This document shows positions 24,963-37,700 of a stretch of 64,000 nt of DNA, in pieces. The stretch lies in the NCBI RefSeq assembly GCF_006345805.1, contig NC_042998.1, forward strand, positions 186,930,001 to 186,994,000, read 5' to 3'. Source of the stretch: Octopus sinensis. Taxonomy: Eukaryota. A program made the position numbers and the translations under genes. The notes under the pieces are model-generated. The model saw only the letters and a program-made list of their open reading frames with translations, was not told the origin of the DNA and ran no database searches. The first letter of the stretch is position 1; each line of letters begins with the position of its first letter.

Positions 24963-25183
24963 CCCTTTTGATACCAACCCGGCTGAAACCGGCTCTGGTT
25001 CTGTAGTACAAATGTCTTGTTTTCTTAAGGTTTCAATTAAAATCTTCCACCAAACCTTAGTCACAATTTATGTTCCTAATACAAGCTGAATGATAACTAA
25101 GTTATTTTACTAAATTCTTTGTTATATTTGAAGTAATTGAAAGAAACACAGAACATCTCAAAATAAATACAGTAATGAAAGGG
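24963..25183. mobile_element. piggyBac-type MITE (subfamily B)
   Basis: TTAA at 24959-24962 and 25184-25187; cccttttgatacc / gtaatgaaaggg; near-identical to 15083-15302. Confidence 0.9.
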
Positions 25184-26737
25184 TTAAAGGGGAAAAAATA
25201 ATAACTCTCTGACTTTTGAAGTAAGTGAAAATTTGTAGTTTTATAATCACTATTCTTCTGATTTCCATACATCTAGAATGAATTTGCTTTAAGTAAACAT
25301 AGTGTTCTTGTCTTTGCTTCAGTTACTAATAATAATACTGTAATGTGAAGAAGAAATACTGTAACAGCTGCAGAAGCATTCGGTCCAAAGAAACAGAAAA
25401 AAGAAAAATCTATAAATATTATGAAAATGTGGATGAGGGTTAAAATAAAACAACTAGAATATTAATATATGTTACTAGAAAATTATTTGCTGATATCTTG
25501 GTTAAATAACTTTGAGGCTATTGCCTTCAAATTAGTAAAATAAATGATGTGGGCATATTAAAAACTCTTGCTTTAAATATTGTACAGTCCCATAAGTATT
25601 TTACAGTCAACACTATTTCTAAGGGTGCTGGTAAAATAAAAAGGGCATGTATTTTGGTAGAAAAAGTTCAGGGTTTTGGTTATGATGTAATGTAAATTCT
25701 GTTTGGAAATATGGTAGATGGATATAAATGATTACTTATCAGTCAATCTAATTTGTATGTTTTGTTACTAGTGAGCACTAAGATATTTAGACTATATTTA
25801 GAAATAGATTAACAGCTAGTTGTTCTCCATTAACAACTAGCTGTAAGACAACACAAAATTTTACACATTTAAATTGAACACTGATATAATCCCGTAGTAA
25901 ATATAGTATACAATTACAACCATTTAAGTTGATTAGTTGACGAAGGAAATTACTGGGCCCTTCCTTTTACTTACATTTTATTTTTGTTTACATAAAGTTG
26001 TTTTATACTGGACTAGATTTTAAGTAAATTATTGAATAAATTATTAAACATAGTGAAATGCAGTCAGCTTGACATAAGATATTTTGTCTGTAAGAACAAG
26101 ATTCACCTATTGAAATAGTTTAAAGTATAATTTAACCTGTTGTTATAAATACTGTAGACGGAGAATGATTGCATAATATACTAAGTATGCACATTTAGAA
26201 AATTAAAACAAGAAAAATATAACTAAACAGCTTTAGATTAGCATAAGGAAAGATAAGTAGTATATCACAAATTCTAATAAATATTTCAGATTAAAATGAC
26301 TTAGCTTCATGCAAATTTAATTTTAAGATACAAAAGATTTTTCTCTGTCATAAGGTTTCAGCTACAGCATCAAATAATTGCTAGAAGATAGTAAGTATAT
26401 ACAAAAATGTTTACACAAAATGTAATCCACCATATTAGCAATTTTGAATTACATTCAGTATGACAGTGTTCAATAAAATAGTCTTCTAGATATATATTCA
26501 CACATTACAGCAATTTATTTTGTTTAGGATAGGTCAAATATGGTAGTTTTGACCTCCATGAAGTAATTATGAGCAAATAATATGCCACTTTTTTTCTCTG
26601 CTGTTTAATCAAGGAGGGAAGGGCAATGCATATAACCTTTTTTTTCTTTTTCTTTTCTTTTCCAGGTCTCATGAGACAGCAAAGAATTCAAAGAGAATAA
26701 ACAATACAAATTATCAGTCATTACTCTAATGACCAAT

Positions 26738-26890
26738 CATCATCATCATCATCATTTAGCGTCCGCTTTCCATGCTAGCATGGGCTGGACGGTTCAACTG
26801 GGGTCTGTGAAGCCGGAAGGCTGCATCAGGCCCAGTCTGATCTAGCAGTGTTTCTACGGCTGGATGCCCTTCCTAATGCCAACCACTCCA
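26738..26890 (-). mobile_element. Short RTE 3'-tail copy
   Basis: (CAT)n + ttagcgtccgctttccatgctagcatgggc...gatgcccttcctaatgccaaccactcc. Confidence 0.85.
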
Positions 26891-27129
26891 CTGACCTGGA
26901 CTGGTATCAATTTTATTGACTTTGAAAGTTGTGCGTGGCAGGATCTGAACCCAGAGTAGATAGGCAGAACAAAATACAAAGACAATTTATTCTTTGCTCT
27001 GATAATTCTACCAACTTTCTGGCTTTTAATATAGATTAAAATCTTTATATATTTTAAACCCTTTTCTTGTGTAAAAAAGATTTTTAATAAACAACTAAAT
27101 AATAGCTAATGACCTTACTCAAACATTTA

Positions 27130-27400
27130 ACTTAAGTAATTGAGGGGAAACTCTAGAAACTGCAGTCAAATCTTCCTTCAAACCACTTCCTACGGTCTTA
27201 AAAAGAAAGAAAGATATACTGTATAATGCAGTCTGAAGTACACTGTTTTCATAAAAAGAGTTGAAATGGTCATAGGCTGACTGGTCAATCAGAGCTGATT
27301 TGGGAGTAAACGATGAAAATTTTAACGATAGTATTATACTTGCTGCTAAAATAAAGGAATTTCTCACTGTAAGTTTCTATATCAAACAAAGATTCAACAT
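27130..27400 (+). mobile_element. Possible pogo/Tigger transposase N-terminal remnant
   Basis: A single frame with three stops reads PLPTVLKRKKDIL...ELKWS*ADWSIRA...DSIILAAKIKEF, loosely like the CENP-B/pogo HTH region. Confidence 0.25.
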
Positions 27401-27429
27401 TTTGATTAAATATTCTTTAATCAAAAAAA

Positions 27430-27790
27430 AATATTTGAAACTTTGATTTGTGCTCTGGAGGAGGAGGTGATACCCGTGGATCTTACTGGTACTCCTGGAC
27501 TGAGGAGGTAGATGTCACTAATGCTCCTCTTGAACTCCTGCAGAAGTTCAAGAGGGCCAACATTCTAGTAAGGTGGGATTGAGTGTAGTGATTAGTACAG
27601 GGGCTGAAGGAGAATGGAGTTCAAGAGGGCCAACATTCTAGTAAGGTGGGATTGAGTGTAATGATTAGTACAGGGGCTGAAGGAGAATGGAGTTGGACAC
27701 AAGAAGGATAATGAAAAGAAGGGAGACAAATAGGATGATAATGCTTGAGGAGAGATGTATGTTGCAGAAGTGAACAAAATACCATTCAAT
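27430..27790 (-). mobile_element. CR1/L2-like LINE 3' fragment with 73-bp internal tandem duplication
   Basis: Reverse complement shares ttcaagaggagcatta with ~17935; duplication at 27545-27694. Confidence 0.55.
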
Positions 27791-28112
27791 ACATCCTTCC
27801 AGGGTCAATAAAATGAAGTACCAGTCAAATACTAGCGATGATTTATATTCCTATAATGCATCCTAGATGAGAATTATAATAAATTAAAAGTATCAAAACC
27901 TAAAAGTTGTCTTTATTCTTAATGTGAAAATCCAAATATACGAAATCTAATTTAGAATTTCCCAATAGATTTAATAGTGGTAACTGAAGTAGTTTCTAAA
28001 AACCATTTCAAGCATTTTTTTTTCTATCAAATGGAAACATCATCAAATCTAAGATTTTTCAAAATCTAGCTATCAAATACATTAAAAAGATTTTAAAACA
28101 TGCAAAATATCA

Positions 28113-28330
28113 ATCTTTTTGATACCAACCTGCTTCAGACCACCCATTTTAATGTGATCTAAATTAAAACCTATCAAAATTTCATATTAATTCAAATTCG
28201 AGGAAAATAATTAAAAAAAAAAAACTAGCTTAATAATGACAAAGTTTATAGCATTAGATTCTTTGTTATTTTCAAAATTAATTGAAACAAAAGCAATGCA
28301 TTTCAAAAGAAATATGCTAACAATGGAATG
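28113..28330. mobile_element. Degraded piggyBac-type MITE (subfamily B-like)
   Basis: cttttgataccaacc start and similar internal layout to 24963-25183; right TIR eroded. Confidence 0.4.
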
Positions 28331-28687
28331 AAGAGTTTTACTCCATAAGATATTTCAAATATATCTTTTTAAAAAGAAAAAAAAAAGATAATACATTCAA
28401 CTTAAATGGGTTTTTTTTTTCCTTCATCAATGACATCTAAATTTCTCATTGTTTTCCTCCCTTTAAACAGAAACAAATTTTGAGCCACACATTATCTGTA
28501 CTGTGAAATCTCATGACTCCCAAAATTACTGAATGAAAGAAATGTAAAAACTGAGGATAAAACAAGTGTAACGAACATATTTGTTAATTCATTTTACACT
28601 AATTTTCTTTTTTTTATACTACAATGCTAGCAAGAGGTAGATTAACAATAAATGTATCCACACTAAATTTTAAAACGTCAGCTTTAA

Positions 28688-28908
28688 TCCTTTAGCATTT
28701 AAACCGGCCAAATCCAGCCAAAAGTATTCTGCCCGTTTTATGTTCAAACTGGCCAGATCTGGTCTCTCACACCAACCCTACAATATCGCTTAAAAAATTA
28801 ACAGCTACCTCATCAAAATCTCACAGCTACAAGATTATGCATGATTAGTTCGAAGCAATGAGGATAAAAAAGGATTAATTTTAGCAGAATAATGTGAACA
28901 CTAAAGGG
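28688..28908. mobile_element. piggyBac-type MITE (subfamily A, opposite orientation)
   Basis: TTAA at 28684-28687 and 28909-28912; tcctttagcattt / aacactaaaggg; reverse complement of the 45104-45322 type. Confidence 0.85.
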
Positions 28909-30641
28909 TTAAACCACAACAGAACTATTTACACACACACACACAAAATAACAATGCAGAATATTCTCTAATTTATAAATGACAATATCCCAGAAGGCCA
29001 AAAATCTTAAGTTATAATAAAAACTAAATGATCAATCATTCAAACTCCCTTTATGAAACATCATTAGAAACCAAATGTCTTATTTTTGGTAGAATGAATA
29101 ATGCTTATTATTTCCACATTGATAATGTTGGAAATACAGATCATTATCATCTAGCAAAATACACTTTTAGTCCTTTGCATTTGACTCGACTTCTTTCAAA
29201 TATCTCTCAGAAATTTTTTCAACCTTTATACCAGACCAGTTAATAGTCATGGAAAAAGATACATACAACATAATGGCCCTACCTAAAATTGAAATGTTGT
29301 TACCAATAACCATTAGGAATTCTCAAACAGTCTCCAAAATGAAACTGGAAACCATTACTCAAATGTTTATTTCCTAAACCTACAATAATATATGATCTTA
29401 ATAAACACATTTAGACTGGTAATGTGTAATAGCTAGGCAATATAATGCTTCATGGTAGTCATCATCATCATCATAAACATTACCATTAGAGAAAGAAAGC
29501 TAATGAACAGGCATTTAAAAAAAAATCGTTCTAACGAACATTAGGAATTTATCATATATAAATCATTTTAAGTGTTACTGAATATACCTGAAATACTAAG
29601 TGATTAATTTCTATTGGGTGTAAAGATTAAAGATGGCAGAGGTTCTGTAATGTTTAAGACAAGCACTTTAGTGGTTGCTTTTTGACTGAATGGGTGCAGT
29701 AAATTATCATCTTAAACTTTAAATTATTTATTGAACCCTATTACAAAGTCAGAAGCATATGGTTTCCCCACCACCGTTATTTTATTTCAACCCAGATAAA
29801 AACTGCAACAGCTTAAGTAGAAAGGTTAACAAGTTGGATATGTATAATTAATATTTCATTTCAAATATTTTTATTTGGTACAAAGTAAGACTATCACTGC
29901 AAGAAACAAGTTTCAGAGTCATAAATTTTTGAACAGAGAAGTTTTGTTCTGATTACTGTTAGTGCAATGACATAAAAGTGCAGATTAAGTAAAACATAAA
30001 AGAGAGTACAGGATAGATCCAGACAATTTGAAGACTGTAGAATCTGTGGATAACTGTCCTCCTTTAACCTAGTATTTTTCACTAATGTTTCACATTTCAG
30101 CCAGTAAGCCATCCAGTCAAGTTATATAAACACACACAGACCACATATATTCATATATAATTTTCACTTATTTCAAGACTTATGAACCTTAAAATTAAGT
30201 TTTTAAAATCTTATGTACATGAAAGCTAAATGCTAATCATTTTCCCCTATCTCAAATGAGTGGCTATATTCATTCAAGATAGCATGACTAGATGTAAGTT
30301 ATATCAATTGTCCAAGCTAATTTATGTGCAACAAAGAGTTTAATTCACTGTAATGATGCAACATTTTTCTACAAGAGTGATGGGAGATCATACTAATCAA
30401 GTTCTTTCCTAATTTAGTGACACAACAAAAAAATACAGAAATAAAATTTAAAACTATAATGGAAATGGCAAAATGTACTTAGTTTCTATTTGTGTGTTAC
30501 AACTTACAATTTTTTTGCATTTCAATAATCCACTATAAGGTCTTCCAGCCATAACCATCCTGTTAATATATTATCTAATATGATATTAAACTCATTATAT
30601 ATATATATATATAGATAGATAGATAGATAGATACACATTAT

Positions 30642-30960
30642 ATCCATATATATATATAAAACTGAGAATGTGTGTCTGTCTGTGTATTTGTATGTGTGCT
30701 TCACCAAAACTTGAGAACTACCCAACAGATTTCATTCAAATTTTACACATGCCTTACTTTTAGGGTCCATGCAATGTCAGGGGCCAAAAGAATTTTCAAC
30801 TTCTTGCCTTATGCGAGCCCGGAGCAATCTCTTATCTCTTACACTATTTTCGTATTATGTGTCAAAAGTGAAACAATAACTTCTCTATTAATACTTCTTT
30901 CACTATTTTATGGTTTCATATTAATATATATTAGTTTCATTTCTATTACTTTCAATATGT
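30642..30960 (+). mobile_element. Possible non-autonomous Helitron-like element, 5' part
   Basis: atccatatatatataaaactgagaatgtgtgtctgtctgt...aacagatttcattcaaattttacaca resembles the 5' block of Lep1/DINE-like Helitron derivatives; no 3' hairpin/CTRR end seen. Confidence 0.4.
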
Positions 30961-30997
30961 ATTTATATACATGCTTGTATATGTATGTATGTATGTA

Positions 30998-31061
<64 letters not shown>

Positions 31062-31074
31062 TAAACCTTTGTAT

Positions 31075-31171
31075 ATCATCATCATCGATTAACATCCATT
31101 TTCTAGGTTGGCATGGGTTGGACGGTTTGACTGAAGTCTGGAGAGCCAGTGGTTCCCCTAGGCTCCAGTCT

Positions 31172-31212
<41 letters not shown>

Positions 31213-31360
31213 GGTGAAGACTGAAATCTTTCAACTTCATTTACTGTATATATATATGTATGTATATATGTGCATATATATGTATATCTGTGTGTGTGTA
31301 TAAAATGGCTGGACACCCTTCCTAATGTCAACCACTTCACAATATACTGAGTGCTTTTTA
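31075..31360 (-). mobile_element. RTE 3'-tail copy interrupted by a (TA)n-bounded insert
   Basis: catcatcatc...catgggttggacggtttgac...ctccagtctg [insert ~31171-31305] ggctggacacccttcctaatgtcaaccac. Confidence 0.7.
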
Positions 31361-31367
31361 CATACAC

Positions 31368-31410
<43 letters not shown>

Positions 31411-33033
31411 TTATTTCTTATTATAGAAAGTTACTGAAACAAAATTTCAACAAGTATATGTTCTTATAACAAGCATATACAGATAAACTACATACATAAA
31501 GGTGTATAAACAGAAACTATGTACATTTCCTCACTTCACCATCTACAATCTAGTTTTACATTTTATTCCATTGTTTTAGTAAAAGAAGAAAAAATGTCAA
31601 TCAATATACAACTAAATACTGAAAATTTTTGCTCATAATTGTTTATATGAAATAATAAAAAACAAAGATAAAATTGGTAATTAAACACTTTCTTTCTTTC
31701 TTTTTTATCCATCTAGACAGAAATCCATATAAATAGATACTATGTACAGTATTGACACAAATTATGTCCCAAAGAATTATATATGAAACACTGAATGGAT
31801 TGATTTTAAATATTTTTCACTTTCAAAAAATTTTTAATGCTCTTTCAATTAATACTCTGAGAAAAGATTTTTTGGAAAAAAGAAAATCAACAAAAACAGA
31901 TTCTGAATGTCTAATATTAAAAACATAAAAATCTGAAGACCATTTTAAAAATATATATAAAAAAGCATGCATAATAAAAAGTTCAGAGGGATGTTAAAAA
32001 AATATGTTAAAATGATAAATTCGTTTATTTCCCTATGCGAACACAACCATGTGTCTATACAAACTGAGTAATATATTTGAATATAAACTCATTTAAATAC
32101 ATCAATATCAAAATGTTTTTTCTAAGAAAAGGAAAAGTAAAATATAGTAATTGTACTAAATCTGACTAAATTCCTCTTCTACATATATCATAACACTGAA
32201 GTCAGTATGTATTATATATGATAGAATTTTTTCTTGGGATGTATTACTGCCCATCATTAGTAGTGCACATTATACAGAAGTGTGATTACACAGAAATATG
32301 GTATATTGGTTTAGGTATTTACATTCAGTTCAACTTATATTTGGCCTCCAAACTGCAGTTCAACTCCTCCTCTTCAGATAGAATATTGCCATTAATACCA
32401 CTGCTTCAGTACTATGCAAAAAATTCACGTAACTCATGTATTATATATTCCACCTTTCATATAGAGAAAATCTCTTATCATAAGCAGAAGTTATAGTTCT
32501 ATGCTTGAGCTAACAAGGTTACCACAGTAACATATCTACTTTCTGTGAAAGTTTTAGCAACTCATGGGTTTCAATTGAGTGATCACACTAGTGGAGTGGA
32601 TATAATGTACTTAGAGTATCGATCTCACACCAATCAACCTGAAATCCTGTTTTATTCTGCATGCTCACTGGCTGCACTTACTGGTGCTAGATAACTATCA
32701 AAAAATTAAAAACTTGAAACCTTGCTATATTGAAGAGCCATTTTACTCTTAGATTAAGTATTTTTACTTTATTTGCTTCATTAAACATAAATGAAAATCA
32801 GTTTTAGTCTTATTCTCTACTGAGTGGTGGAAATTAAGAAAAATGATGGTAAAGTAGCAGCACACAAAATCCAAATATTTAATACACTGAAACATTTAGA
32901 TTATACATAACTATAGTAGAAAAAATGTCAAAAATAAACAATAATATCAGAACACAATAAAGATTTTTGTTGCAGGAAAATTTTTTACAACTTCGATTAG
33001 TGTTTTACATAAACAATTTAACAATTTAACACA

Positions 33034-33065
<32 letters not shown>

Positions 33066-33074
33066 CACAAATAT

Positions 33075-33210
33075 ATATGATGGACTCATTTCAGTTTTCA
33101 GACCTTAGAGCTATAATAGAAACACTTGCTCAAGGTTCCATGCAGCAGGACTAAACTGGGAACTATGTGGTAAGGAAGCAAATTTCTTACCACACAGATG
33201 GCCCTGATCT
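33075..33210 (-). mobile_element. tRNA-derived SINE (head type 1), degraded 5' part
   Basis: gctataatagaaacacttgctcaagg...cttaccacacag. Confidence 0.6.
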
Positions 33211-33710
33211 TTACTTCACACTATCACACAAATACAAGATACTAACTTATCTCTTACCCATTCACATCCCCAACAGATTGTCTTACACCTTAAACACGAA
33301 CAACTTCCTCATAGCTATAAACTCAAACATATCTTCATCACACCTTTATTTATGATGATAGCTATAAAATAACTACCTAGATGACTACTGCATGTCTTTG
33401 ATGGAATTTTCTGTTGCAAATATTTAGATCAGATATCTGGTTATATAATCCCCAAGTCTGACGAAGAGGCTAAAAAGGTCAAAGCACTACTCTTTGTTTT
33501 GATATGAACAAATACACAAAGCTCTAGAACTGTTTTTTCAAACTAAAATGTGGAAGTTTTGTTATTTTTACTTTTCCCATTAACATTTCAAAATTATTTT
33601 TCTAACTTGGATTTAGTGAAGTAGATACTTTATGGTTTTAAGTACTCTTTCTAACACTAACCATTCAATGATAGGTCAACTAAGCTAACTAAAATAAACA
33701 ATCTGTTTAA

Positions 33711-34786
33711 CCCTTTCGTTACCAAACCGCCCAAAGCCGCCCGAAAAAAATTTTGGTTAATGTGACCAAACCGCCCGTATTTACCTATTCATATTTAAAT
33801 GAGAATATCAGAGCAAATCTCTTTAGTACATTCGTGAAAACATGTATTATACTTCGTAAACAGTTCAACTACAGTTTTGTACAACAATCGAAGTGTAATT
33901 TTAATTCCGTAAATTTTGGGAGATTTTTTTCTGAAATTTGTTCCTATTGTGTTTTCAAAATTTGTAATTCTGACAAAAAATGGATACGAATTTCATTATA
34001 CCAAGCAGCGAGTCAGAATTCGAAGGATTTTCTACTGAAGACCTTCATAAATCTAACTCTATGACTGAAAAAAAAAAGCACGTGGTATTTGATAATGAAT
34101 CTGATGTTTCATTTTCCAAAAGTGAAAACAGTGAATCCGAGAGCTCCGACAGCGATAAAGAAAATGAATTGGCACCTGAATGGAGTGAAAATTTAAAAAC
34201 TGTTTCTTTCGGTGATTTTTCTGAAGAAACTGGACCAAGCCACAGACTTTCCCAGGAGAGTAAAGCCTTAGACTATTTCTTTTTACTTTTTCGAATGAGC
34301 CTATTTGAAATCATTATGGCGGAAACGAACCGTTATGCTAAATGTAAACAAAGCGAAAGAAAGGATAGTTAGTGGTTTCCCATAACCTTAAATGAAATTA
34401 AGACTATTTTGCCATAAATATTATTATGGGTATCAGAAAGTTACCCAGAATAACAAATTCTATCGTAAAATTTTGTTGTATACCCAACTGAATATTAGCT
34501 AATAACCCATTTTCTATAGCGATGTTTGAACAAAATTTTAATAATTTTATATTTTGTTGAATTTACCTGTATCTACCTGCAATTAGAGTCACTTTGTGAC
34601 AAAAATTATAGTATAGAATTGGTTGAGAATATTTCATTAAATTATCTTCCAAAAATCAGATTAATATATTGATAAATAAAAAAGTTATAGTTGTTTAATG
34701 AAACCAGACTAAATTTATGATTATGTTAGAAATTAATTGAAACACATAAGGGGTGTATTTTGGTCAGAAATATAGTAACGAAAGAG
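33711..34786 (+). mobile_element. Internally deleted piggyBac DNA transposon (1076 bp)
   Basis: TTAA at 33707-33710 and 34787-34790; 12-bp TIR CCCTTTCGTTAC / GTAACGAAAGAG (11/12 match); subterminal aaaccgccc repeats; contains transposase N-terminus. Confidence 0.92.
33980..34460 (+). pseudogene. piggyBac transposase N-terminal fragment (DDE_Tnp_1_7-like)
   Basis: Acidic Ser-rich N-terminus, then FSEETGP...LDYFFLLF..LFEIIMAETNRYA...*WFPITLNEIK, and after a 1-nt frameshift FAINIIMGIRKLPRIT. Stop at 34370-34372; catalytic DDD domain absent. Confidence 0.88.
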
Positions 34787-37700
34787 TTAAAAGAATAATT
34801 CAAACCATGTGGTTGTGTGATGAACTTCTAACCACAGATGAGTTTTTGTGTGTGTGTGTGTGTGTGTAACTAAATTAATTGTATTGTGCTCCTGAACAAG
34901 GAACATATCTCTTCTCCCTCTAATTAGCCTCTAACATCTTATTTCTTCAAAAAAGCTCTGCTCAAAACATCTTTCCATGGCACATGGACTTATTTGACAA
35001 AAAGCAAGTTTTACTCTCATTTCAGTAATACATGAATAGAAAGTGAATAGTGATACCAAGTGGTTAACAATAGGAAGAGCATCTAAAAGTAGAAACAACT
35101 ACTCCAACAAACCACTCCATGTAAGTAGGCATGGGAAAATGAATGTATAACAGTATAAAGAAATTTAAAACAGAATCAAACATCTAGTACCTTATCCACC
35201 AATATACTGAACTCTCTTCTCTTAAAAGTTGATGAAAAATATTTTTCGTCATATTCATATATGCAGTTCTATATTTTTATAATTTTGTATTTTTTTTATG
35301 GCAGTAATATAGATGTCCATTTTTCATTAACTAGAAAATAAAAATATAACTGGGTCTCATTCCAAAATTTATGCTACTAATATGTATTTTGCAACTCCAG
35401 AGATACAAATCTAAATTCTTTTTCTTAATTACATTTTAATTTGAATTCAAAAGTATAATACCCTCTTGCATCAATTTCCCCAACATTTCGCAGAGCTAAA
35501 CTAATAACAGTATTTATTAATTTATTTCAATATTTTATAGGAATCATATTTTTCATACAAAGCAACTGTTTTTATAATTGGAAGCCTTATTTCAACCATC
35601 CACTTAATCTAAAAGCAGAAGTGGATCTGTTGGTCAGAAAAGCAAACTAAGATCAAGACAGTATTTTGATTTGCCTATAAAGCCTAATACAAAAGTAGTA
35701 ATATTTGGGTTTCAAATCAATTGTTGCCAGGCCTTACTATTGTGAGCAAAAGCATCTTTCACAATAGGTTTTATCACTTCCTAGCAACATTTTTTTTTAC
35801 TTCAGATACATACTGTTTTTAAATTAAATTTTAGAATTATCTTCTATTAAATTATTTCATTACAATCAACTTTTTAAGTAGACAACTAGCCTTACCTTTA
35901 CAAATATACACACACACATATGTTTTCATTAATATCAACACCTTGTCCATACCTCATTAAATATGATATTTCATTTTTCAATAATCACTAGTTATTGATT
36001 AGCCAATAAGCTATAAAAATGCCATAAAATGCAACCAAGTAAAAAAAGAATTCATATTCCACAATATTTTGTTTGCTCAATAAAAAGTGATACAGCATTA
36101 TCTGATATTTGGCCCTGAAATACAAACACAGATGAAAATAGAAAACCAATTATTACTACTTTTTATGCTACTGATTTATTATGGGAAATAGTTGTTTTGA
36201 ATTTGAAACTGAGGACTAACCGATATAACAAAATAAGGAATTGCCATTGCAAACCACAGCATTACTTTACGAGGAAATTACAATTTTTTTTTTTAATCAA
36301 TGCATATATTTATATCCTTCAACAATGTTTTTGTAAATGTGTTCCTTGTAAACTGAGACTCAGCAGATTTATTTCCCCACTAAACTAATATTTGTGTTAT
36401 TTACACGGCATCAACCTTCACACTCTTAATAGTTATTTGTAGTTAAGGAGTTATAGGTAAGTCATTTAGCTACATGTTTTTTTTTCTACAAACTTTCCTT
36501 TTCAAATTAAATATATTAAATTACTTTAATGAATGAAACAAGAAATTCAATGCTTAAAAAGTTAAGCTCTCAGTAAAAAGTGAGAAAAGGAATTTTGATT
36601 AGACCCAGTTGGTTAGTCAAACATTGTCTTCAATACAAATACACCCTTCCACTGGCCTATACAATTAGGACACAGCTTCAAAAAGGTGTCTGCTACAATT
36701 TATCTATTCAGGAATAAGGTTCACATAAACAGAAAATAACCTTAAGAAAATCCACAAAATTAAATCATCTCAACTTATGGTTGTTTGAGCTGCAAGTTCT
36801 CATTCACAGAGCACTGAACAAGCATAGAGTTTAATGTAATTTAGAGGTAGGTTGTAATTTGGTATCTCTGTTTTGATCCAAATATTAAAACTGAAGATAA
36901 GTCAGAAGCATTTTATTATTTTTTTAATTAATTATTATTATCATTATTTGCAGTGCTTCAGGAACAATTCACAAGCAGCAGAACAGGACATATGAATATA
37001 ATGAAATGTCAGTGCTGCAAGTTGGATCAAGTTATTTTTCCCTGTTCTAGAATCTAGTTACCTTAGCAATCAAGCCAAATTAGCATACATATCAAGAAAA
37101 ATCAATAACAAATAGCAGTGGCATGTTTTAATTACAGATGGACATTTTAATATGAAAACCTGAGAGAAACACACAATCAGATCATAAAATAGAGCATTTG
37201 TAGAACACTCAGACTATTAGTTAACTAACTAAACAATATTAAGACATTTTGACACTACTAATTACCAAATCTGCTTTTTAATAGTTACTTTCCAATTAAA
37301 AAAAAAGTTACTACTTTAAACAAGATCTCATCTATTCCCTTATTAGAGTTCTTTAACATGATTGTACTTTAGCAGCCACAACATCTAGTGAACAACTTAA
37401 GTCTTCTTGTGCTCATCTTCCTAACACACAAGTCTTCGTTCCAGGATTTATGAAGTTATCCTTATCTATTACCAATATAGTTGTATCACTTTCTTTCTTG
37501 AAAACAACACTTGAACTTTAATTTCTGGGTATCTAAGAAAAACAGTGTACTTAATGTATTTAAAATATAATCATCTCAATTGCATGACATCATCATCATC
37601 ATCACCACACTGCCGTCTGTTTCTATACAAGCAAATAGGTTGATCTGCAGTATAGTAATCTTGACCCCGTGTCGACATATATTAATGATCTGACGTAATC

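Larger units (their letters stand above)
30596..31410. repeat. Microsatellite cluster: (TA)n, (GATA)n, (TATG)n
   Basis: Tracts at ~30596-30660, 30965-31060, 31172-31206, 31245-31300, 31370-31408. Confidence 0.95.

Noticed and set aside
27276-27368. Plus-strand exon ending at GTAAGT (ADWSIRADLG...KEFLT)
   Set aside because: Acceptor lacks a pyrimidine tract; the same frame continues upstream through stops, more like a decayed transposase.
30672-31367. ORFs of 69-130 aa with YIYIYI runs
   Set aside because: Translation artefacts of (TA)n microsatellites.
33458-33490. CTGACGA...AAAGC resembling a hammerhead ribozyme core of PLE termini
   Set aside because: Stem II does not pair and the GAAA box is missing; an Infernal search with hammerhead models would be needed, and a hit looks unlikely.
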